From the NCBI GenBank assembly GCA_008632985.1, contig QPGO01000079.1, positions 62,001-126,000 of the forward strand: a stretch of 64,000 nt of DNA. Direction: 5' to 3'. Source of the stretch: Psammoneis japonica (taxonomy: Eukaryota). The notes under the pieces were generated by a model. The model was not told the DNA's origin. It searched no databases and saw nothing but the letters and a program-made list of their open reading frames with translations. Positions 24,594 to 34,100 of the stretch are shown piece by piece. The position numbers were made by a program, and so were the translations under genes. The first letter of the stretch is position 1. The number at the start of each line of letters is the position of its first letter.

Positions 24594-25097
24594 ATGGGAA
24601 AAGAGAATTTCAAGAAATCGGCTTCAGATGCGGGGGGTGACACACCTCTGCACAATGCTGCCAACACCAGGATGGATGCTGTTGCAAAGATTTTGTTGGA
24701 GGAAGGCACTGATTTGGAAGCAGTTGACATGAGGGGATGGACCCCGCTGCATTTCGCATGCATCGGCAACCGCGCAAATGATGTGTTGTGCGTGCCCATT
24801 GAACGAGGTGCAAATTTGAATGCAAGAGACAATGACGGGAGAATTCCGATTGATCTTGCAATCACAAAAAAGGGCCTCGACCCCATGATGTTGCTCTTGA
24901 TGGAAGCTCATGCAAGACAGCTGCTGCCCATTGACAATGCCCATCCTGATTCATGGGCACAAGCGCTTGCATTGGTTGGACACAAGAAAACCCAGATCAG
25001 GCTGAGTTTGCTGTTTTCTCTGCTTCAAGCGAAACCCGACTTGTTGGAGCACTCACAATGCGAGCACAATGCAAGGAAGTGCAAGAGGTCCGATTGA
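24594..25097 (+). pseudogene. Ankyrin-repeat protein remnant inside domain B
   Basis: GDTPLHNAA..VAKILLEEGTDLEAVD..GWTPLHFAC..ERGANLNARDNDGRIPIDLA; contains no Tyr codons. Confidence 0.8.
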
Positions 25098-25949
25098 TTG
25101 GTTCTTTCCTTCCTGTGGTGCATTGTTCTTTCAAATGCCGAAAGACACTGGGTTCTTCTTCAGTGGCATTGGTGTGTTTCTCTGTAAGAGCGTTAGATTT
25201 CAAAGCAGAACATTGTGTGTCAGAGCACAGTGCTCCATGCCAGACTCAAGTTCTGTTGTAAATTGGTGTTGTGTTCACTGCCACTTTCATTCCTCAAAGG
25301 GAATCGGACTGCCGGTGCGGCATGAAGCCGAGCACCACCTCATCCATGACAAACCGTGCAACTTCATGAAAAAGGAGCAGCACAGCCATCAGAATCTAAA
25401 CAAATCATTGCGGCCACGATCGAAATCTTTTTGTTGCGCTGCTTCCAGGAGAGATCTGAAAATGTTGAGAACTCGAGTCTAGTGCTGTCCCCTGTTTTCA
25501 TGTGATGCTGCTTGAAAAGTGTGCCAAAACTTCCTTGTGCCCGTCTCTTTCGCAGAGGCCAAGCCAACTGCTGCGCGCATTTGTCACAAGAACGAAAACA
25601 ACAATGGCCAGTCGCCAGGGCATGAACAAATGTCCGCTGCAAAGTTGGTGTCTAGCTCAACCTGCAAGTTGCAAAAGAGCAAAGGAAATGCTGTTGCACC
25701 CACTGTGTGAAAAGCGTGAGCTGGAAGATTGTTGAAACAACAATTGCCAGTTGTGCTGCACCAGTGCTGCAGCGAGAAAAGGCTGCAAAATTGTCGTGCA
25801 GTTTCAATCCACTGCACAAAACCTGACGCGTGAAGCCGCGAACTGGAAGATTGTTGAGCAGGGGTCTGGAAGTGTGGGTTGTTGGCCCACTTTGTCAGTT
25901 TTGCCAGCCAGCTGCACAGCAGCACTTTAAGCTGGGTTTGTGTTTTTTC

Positions 25950-28420
25950 AACTGTTTCTCTTTGATTGGCAAAATGAGGAAGTCTGGGATTGAGCTGCAG
26001 AGCATCTTGATTGCCCACTTTTGACACCTGAACCAGCCTTGCAATTTTCACTTTTGGCAGCTTGTTCATTTTTTAGCTCTTCAGGGCACAGCACACCAGC
26101 AGCTGACTTTGCCAAAGCACTGTCTCAGAAGTGCTTTTCCAACTTCTTTGTTCTTTGCCAGCAAGTGTCTTCTTTCTGTTTGATTTTCTTGCAGAGCTGG
26201 CCTTCTTCCAGCACTTCAAAGTCACCCAAAAAATGAAGTCTGGAATGCAAAGCCTCTGTGCTGCCACCCCAGCCCCATTGCTCAGCTCCTCTCAGACAGC
26301 AAAGCTGCCAGCAGCAGTGTTCACACCCCAGAAATTGTGGGTGCTGTGTTCTGAGCACCATGGTGACTGATGAAACATGCAGAGGGAGGGAGAAAGAGAG
26401 AAAATGTCTTGCCAGGGCCCACCTTCTTCACAGCATGTGGTGTCAAAGCCTTCAGGCTTCAGGTGCCATTGCCATCAAAGCCACAAGTGCAAAGTGCCTT
26501 GTGACAGCCAGAGAGCTGCAACTTTGGCAACATCTTTTTTTTCCCAAATCTTGGCACCACATTTTCCTCTTTGATGCCACCACAGAATGCTTTTCAGCAC
26601 AGCAAGTGTTGAGAATGCTTTGTGCCAATGCACTTGCCCACAACCACTGCTAAAACAACCAGAGAATTTCTGGCCAATTGGAAAAATGAGGAACTTTTGG
26701 ATTGTTCTGCAGAGCATCTTGATTGCCTGCTTTTGATGCCTGAAATGGCCTCACAATTTTCACTTTTGGAAGTCAGTTTGTTTGTCCCTCTTGGCTTTTC
26801 AAGGCACAATGCACACCAGCAGCTGACTTGTTTGCCAAAGTGCCACGTCAGAAATGCTCTTTCTCAACATTGTTCTTTGCCCGCAAATGTCTTTCTTTTC
26901 CACTTTCTTGTGAAGTTCTTCCAGCCCTTCAAAGTTGCCCAGCAGTGCCCAAAGACAAACCAGTGGCTGCGAATGATCACAAATTGGTGTGCCCAGGATC
27001 TGGCAGCATCTTTGCTTTGACAGCAAGCACCTGCTTAGAGCAGCACCAATGCAAGCTCAGCAACATCATGGTTTCTTCTTGGCCCTGGAAAGCACATCAT
27101 CAACAACCAGCGGGAATTGTTGTTTTTGTGCGCTGGCGCTGTTGCTGCTGTGCATGACTTTCTGACATCTCCAGTCACAGAGTTGCTGTGTTGCCTGAAG
27201 CAGCCTCATAATTTTCACTCTTGGAAGTCAGTTTGTTCATCCCTCTTGGCTTTTCAAGGCACAACGCACTGGCAGCCAACTTGTTTGCTAAAGTGCCATC
27301 TCAGAAATGCTCTTTCAACATTGTTCTTTGCTTGCAAATGTCTTTCTTTTTGACTTTCTTGTGGAGTTCTTCAAGCCCTTCAAAGTTGCCCAGCAGCGCC
27401 CAAAGACAACAAGCCAGTGGCAGTCAATGACCACAAGTTGGTGTGCCCAGGATCTGGCAGCATCTTTGCTTTGACAGCAACACCTGCTTGGAGCAGCACC
27501 AGCGCAAGCTCAGCAACATCATGGTTTCTTCTTGGCCCTGGAAAGCACATCAACAGCCACCAGGACTTGTTGTTTTCATGCACCAGCATTGTTCCTGCCA
27601 TGCATGAGGGGTGAGAACATCTGTGCTTCTGACATGATCCAGTCACAGAATTGCTGTGTTGCCTGGAACAACTGGAGGCAAACAGATGAAGTCAATGAGA
27701 AAGTGCCTTGTGACAGCCAGAGAGCTGCAACTTTGACAACATGACATTTTTTTTTTGCCCAAATCTTGGCACCACATTTTCCTCTTTGATGCTGCCACAA
27801 AATGATTTTCAGCAAAGTGAGCATCAAGAATGCTTTGTGCTGACACACTTGGCCACAAGTGCTGCTCAAACAACCTGAGAATTTCTGGCTAATTGGCAAA
27901 ATGAGGAACTCTTGGATTGTGCCACAGAGCATCTTGATTGCCCACTTTTGATGCCTGAAACAGCCTCACAATTTTCCCTGGTGGAAATCAGTTTGTTTGT
28001 CACTCTTGGCTTTTCAAGGCACAGTGCACCAGCAGCTGACTTGTTTGCTAAAGTGCCATCTCAGAAATGCTCTTCCAACATTGTTCTTTGCTCAAGAATG
28101 CATTTTTTTTTAATTTCTTGTGAAGTTCTTCCAGCCCTTCAAAGTCATCCAGCAGGGCTGAAAGACAAACCAGTGGCTGCCAAGGACTGCAAAATGGTGT
28201 GCCCAGAACCTGGCTCCTTTTTTGACAGCAAGCACCTGCCTGGAATGCTGACACCACAAGCTCACCAAGACAGGCCCAGGAAAGCACCTCAACAGGACTT
28301 TTGTTGTTTCTTTTGTGCCAGTGTTGTTGCCATGGGGTGGAGAGAGCATCTGTGTTTCTGACCCAGCCACAGAATTGCTGCATTGCTTGGAACAATTGGG
28401 GTTGCAAGCAGATGAATGAA
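25950..28420. repeat. Degenerate tandem array, four related units
   Basis: The core ..CAATTTTCACTTTTGG..TTTTCAAGGCACA..CAGAAATGCT..CTTCCAGCCCTTCAAAGT recurs in units starting near 25970, 26680, 27200 and 27895. The block AAAGTGCCTTGTGACAGCCAGAGAGCTGCAACTTTG occurs at 26491 and 27700. Confidence 0.85.
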
Positions 28421-31198
28421 TGGAGCCCACATTGGTTGCTGATGGTGATCTGCTGTCTTTTCTGGTTTTTTGTTTTGGCAGAAGTGCCTCCTGGCTTCTT
28501 GTTTGCACAAGCCCCACTTGGTGGCAAGACTTCCCTTGAGATCTTTTCTCAGCCATGCTTGAAGGTCCAATCTCAGCTTCCTCTGCGGCTCTGTCAAATG
28601 ACATTTGTTCCTTTGCTTTGCAGACCACCAACAATTGGTGAAAAAAGGTCAACAACAAGTCCACTGGCTGTTTCATCTGTGCACTTTCCACTGAATGCAT
28701 GCTGACTTTCTTGCTCTGCTGTGGCAGGTGGCGCAATCTCCACACTGCTGTTCAGCGCCAAAAACATGTGGAGGAACAACAGCATGGGCATTGAGAGATC
28801 TGCTGGTTGCCAACCTGCCATCTGTGGAAAGTTGGCTCTGCACATGCACAACTCTGCATGTGGTGTCCTGCAAAAATGTGGGAAGGGTGCTTGGCGACAC
28901 TCTCTCTCCTCCTGATCTGCTTTGCATCCCAAACAAGGAGCAGAGATCAAACCCCCAGAAAAGTCCCAGAAGACAGAAACAGGTGCTGGGCACACATGCC
29001 AAACAGAACAATGAACCACACAGCTTCCAACTGTCTGTGCAAGATTTGCAACCACAGAGTGCTCAAAGTGACAACTTGTTCTCAGCCCAGCTGCCAGCCA
29101 GCCTTGGGCTGCAATGAACAACCAAGAGTGTCAGCATGTTTCTAGAGCACATGCTGCTCCTCTTTGTTGGTGTGTGGCAGCTGATCTTTTGGGTCATTGT
29201 GTTCTGGCATGTCATTGACAAAAAGTGCCAGTGCCAAGCTCTCATGTTGAGAAACCCCGCCCCCCCCCAGCTCTGCCATGATGAAGTGCAGGTGCTGCAA
29301 CACACTTGTTTTTCTCTCTCCAATTTTGAACAACCACAAAACTCAGCTGAAGTGAAGGCAGCTGCTTGCAAGAGCTGATTCTTGCACACAGATGTCTGGC
29401 GACAGTTCCCATCTGGTGGCAGCTGGTGGCTGCCTCCAATGTCTGTGTCCAGAAAATGATCAGCGTGGCTCTAACTCTGTGTGTTTTCTGCCCCCTCACA
29501 TCATCAAATTGGTGGCTGACAGAGTTGCCCTGTTTAACCTTTTGCCATTGGCATCAACATGAGCTGGGCTTCAGCGGACAAGCCCCCAGCCAGTTGCTGC
29601 TGGGGCTCCCCACAAATCTCCCAAAAGATTGGGCCCCCATTGGCGGCCATGCACAGCACATCATGTCTCATCCAACTGCTCCATGTGCATCCTGCCCACA
29701 CAGCCAGGGGTGTGGCTGACAGAGTTGTTTTTTGCTTTTTTCTTTGGTTGCAGGCACCAACAAAGTCCACAACCTGTGATGGCAGATGAAGAACCCAGTT
29801 GTCCTTTTGGGGGGCTCACACAAATCTGTGGCCTCTTTTGAAAATTGTCCTTCACTGTGCACACAAATGAGAAAGGAGACTTGCTCAGAGTCCGCTGATG
29901 TTGTCATCTGTGCCCAGTGCACAGCTCCTTTGGCACCCTCTGAGGCAACCTCCTGGTGTGCCATGGCTCTGTGCACGACACCCAGTGTTTTTGAGCTTTT
30001 TTTGCTGCTTCCCTTTCTTTCTCTTTTTGCTTCTCCTCTTGTTCTTTTTAAAGGTGTGCCATGGCAAATTTGACACTCCTTTCCTTTTTCCAATGCTGCA
30101 TCATCAGCAGAGGTCTCTGTGCCGCAGCACAATGCCCTTGGCCCAGAGAGCTTGGCTGAGGGTTGAACCTCCTCTCTTCTTTGTGCATCACTTGCTGCTG
30201 GTGCTTTGCTCAAATGACGCTGCTCTGTTCAGGAAACTTCTTTGACCCCTCTCTTCTCTGGAGAGCACCAGGTGGCTGCTGTTCTGGGCTGGTGCTCCTC
30301 AATGGCAAGCAGCCTCTTTTGCACCATGTTGGTTGCAAAAGCTGTTGGAGGTGAAGCAAGAGGGTGCAGCGCATCGTTGCCGAAATTGCGGAAGGGCCCG
30401 CACATCATTGCCGCCATTTTGCACCTTGAAAGAAGATCTTCCCACCGCAGAACAAAAACAACATTGTCACAACAACGAACGCGGTGGATCCTCGTTCGAA
30501 AGACAGACAATGGAACGTTCCGATGAATGAGAATTCAGGCGCAGTAATTCATTTGTTCACACGTCAGTGATTGCTGATCTCACACGTTTGTCAGTGACCA
30601 ACGACATTTCTATGGGAGAGTCATTCTTACGTGGTGATTGGAAAGGTCGTACGGAAGGACTATCATTGCCCAATGGACAATTAGTCATCCTAGCAATCCG
30701 ACTTTTTTGCTGCTACTTAACCGGGTCATCTCAACTGGATCTTAGGTGTCCAAATGCATTATGTGCCATCTTTATTGTTTGACATTCTTGGTTTCTGTTG
30801 ACAAAACCAAATAATTACGTTCGTGGAAGTCTTGATAAATCAAAGAGAGCCGTTGACCACTGATTCTTCCATAGTGACGGAACACCACATAATACTTATA
30901 GATGTGACAGTGCAGTATTGCGAATTGTGAAAGATTTTGCTCTTTTGGCGCCAAAAAAATTGTCCACCGGGGGGCAGATTTATGAAATTTTGGCCGACCG
31001 ATCACCAACAAACGCACCCAGTGGTTGGTGGAAGCTACTGTAGTGCTCCGTCCAACAACCTGCTCCCAGTCATAGCTTGCAGGGACTATTTCGTCGCACT
31101 CGAGAAAATAGGAAGCACTTTAAGCCATTCATATCTCGGTTGTTCGTGTTCTACCGTTGGAAGGAACTTCGTTTGAAAACATCGACTCTGACAACGAC

Positions 31199-34100
31199 AT
31201 GGATGAGGAAAGCGATTATGTGAAGCGAGGGCCTCACGACTCCTTTACATCCGACTACACGGAAGGAAGTTATGATGAGGGGACATACGAGGAGTCAACT
31301 GCCGATGCCGATGCCGACGAACAGCACCGACAGCTCCATCCGGGAAGGTATCCTCCCGCTCACTCCAAAGCTAGCGATGGCAAGAGCAGTCGTGTGTCTC
31401 AAGAGCATGACACTGGCACCTACGAAGAATCAATCGCGGATGGCGACACCCACAGTTATGATTTGCCTGGGTATACACAAGCCTTCAAGACCTACGAAGA
31501 AGGAGAGGAAAGCTCTGATTATTCGAATGAAGATGGCGGAACATACGAGGATGATGAAACAAGCGCTACCGACACCGACCTTTACAAAACATCGCGGGCA
31601 AACGTGAAAAAATCAGAACTAGCGTACCGCAATCCGGTAAGCCCCGATGCTGATTACAATCGAACTGCAGAAAACGAAGACTCTTCCGAGGAAGAATTAA
31701 TGGACGAATCAGAAGGATCTAGTGATGAATCTAGTTATGAAGAAGAAACCGACGAAGAGAGTGAAGACTATGACGAAGAAAGAAGCACGCGTTCCCCGAC
31801 TTCTACGCTCGAAGGCGAAGATGACCGACGACGAAATGCCAAATTTAGACCCCACTACGAGCGAGTTGAGGCATTGCATGAGCTTGAGATGAATCTGCAA
31901 GAAGTCTTAGAGGAGCTTCGGTATCGGACTGAACCGGACGTAGACATCAGTGACTTGGTATCCAGGGATGAGAATTCCAGCGCATCTCGATCCATGAAAG
32001 GAAATAATTTACTACCAAGCAAAATCATCAAAGGCTTTGAGAACCTACTCAGGGTGTTGCTTCAAGTTTCTAATGAGCTAGAGCTATGCAGCATCTTTCA
32101 GAGCTCAAAGCTGGACAAGGTTGTGTCGCAAGATGCACTGACGTCTGTGCTCAGTTATGCTCCTACACTGGAGCAGGTGTTTAACGAGCTCAAACCAATA
32201 TTGCAGGAGTATCTGCACGATCAGGATCCTTCGCAAGGGGAAGAAGAAGCGCTGCGCCGCGCTTATCTTGTTTTGAAACTGCAGGGTGACGTGATCTATC
32301 ACGTGTGTTGTCAGCGACAGGAGTACTCGGCAAGGTCTGAAGCATGCTTCGTCACACTTGTGGAGCTCTTGGATAGGACTGCAACAGAGCTTGTTTGTTT
32401 CTATGAAGGAAATCCAATGCCAGATTATAAGCTTCCCAATAAGCTGTGCCGTGCTTGGACAGCGGCAGGACATGAAGAGAAGTTGGAGCCAGCGTTTTAT
32501 AGGCCTAAAGATATGGTGGCTTTTCGGCAGGTGTGTTTCGAGGTCTTGGTCTCGACCGATGATATGTGTCCCAACAAGAAGACCCTGGGACGTGTATGCA
32601 ACGTAGCTTCCGCTGCTCCGCAAAAAACTCCAAAAGACACGGATGAAAATTTAGCTCCAATTCCAAACATGGCGTTTGAAGTGCTAGAGAGAATCCAAGG
32701 GGAGCCGTTACCAAGAACGAAAACAATGGCGAACGTGATGCGCAGAATATTGCCTGCCGAAGCAATAACAGATCCCGACATCTCCTCTGAGTTTTACGAT
32801 AGGCAGTCGTGCCAGGGTAGTCCGGCGTCCCGTTCGCTGGTTGCTATCTCGTCTGTGCCCGAAGTTTGGAATGACTCCACGTCGCTTGGCATGGCAGGAG
32901 TTGGTAAGACTACAATGGCAGCAATGGTGGCATCCCATGCTGATACGAGGAGACACTACAGTGATGGTGTGGCATGGGTTTACGTGGGGACGGAGGAAAT
33001 GAACTACAACCACTACTCGCAATGTCTGAGAGACCTGTGCTCTCAGTTGGTGTTCTGTCACTCGATGCCACTTCTTCCCGAGCTTGTTCGTATTCCTGGG
33101 GAAACTAAATCTACGCGTACCCGACGAGAAGAAGGTTTCATGATTTATGCTCGTGAAACAGTGGCAACCCTGTTGGAAGGGCGGAAGGTATTGATAATTT
33201 TGGATCAAGTGGAGTTCAAATCGGACGTGAATTGGTTTCGATTTAGGAAGTCCAGATACGGTGATAATCCCTCACTTGGTACAATAGTCATCACCCCATG
33301 TCGAAATATGCTGCCAGCTGCAGATACCGTTGAGGTGGACTTGTTAGACGAAGCAGAAGCAATCCGGCTGCTGGTGACCGAGTCCGGACAGTCTCCAGAT
33401 CATGCCATGACTACCTCCACAGAAGTGCATTATGTTGTTGGAGTTTGCGCACATCATCCGTTAACTGTAAGCTGCGTGGGTCGATGGCTTAGCCTGAAGC
33501 AAGCAACTTTGGGTGTAGTATCTAGCATTGAAGAAATTCACGAGGAAGTTGCACAAGCCATTGACCAAATCCTGACGAGTGGTGCTCAATGTGGCGACAC
33601 AATGTATGAGATTCTAAGCATGGCATTTTCACCGGCGGTAAATGGCAAGCCAACTCTTGTCATAAAGTTTTGCTTCGCTGCTTTTGTGACTGTATTCTGC
33701 AATGCAGAGCATCATTCTCAGTTTTCTCCGGGTGGTGTTCAGCCAATTATTCCAATGGGTTTGGCTGAACTTCTTTTCGAATCTTTGTTGGAGATTGAGG
33801 AAGAAAAGTTATTTCAAGAAGGAAGTCTGTTCTATTCTCAAAGACGCGAGGCAACCATGCTTATTCCAGAAGCATTGTCGGCCCTTGGGGTTATGAAGGT
33901 AATCTCTTCTTCTCCCGACGAAGAGGATGATATTGATACAAAAGAGGACGATATTGATACAAATATGGACTCTCAATTCACCCCGAACCAAACACTTTTC
34001 TTACAAGTAATGCACAAATCTCTCCTTGAGTATGGAGAGTACCTCGCTTGCGAAGACGCAGAGCTGACTGAGCTTACTCGAGACGCTGAGAGACGGTGGA

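Larger units (their letters stand above)
23290..30540. other. TpA-depleted domain B (CpG retained at edges, lost in core)
   Basis: No TA but about 19 CG by eye in 24541-25140. Both dinucleotides are rare in 26000-30300. Confidence 0.95.
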
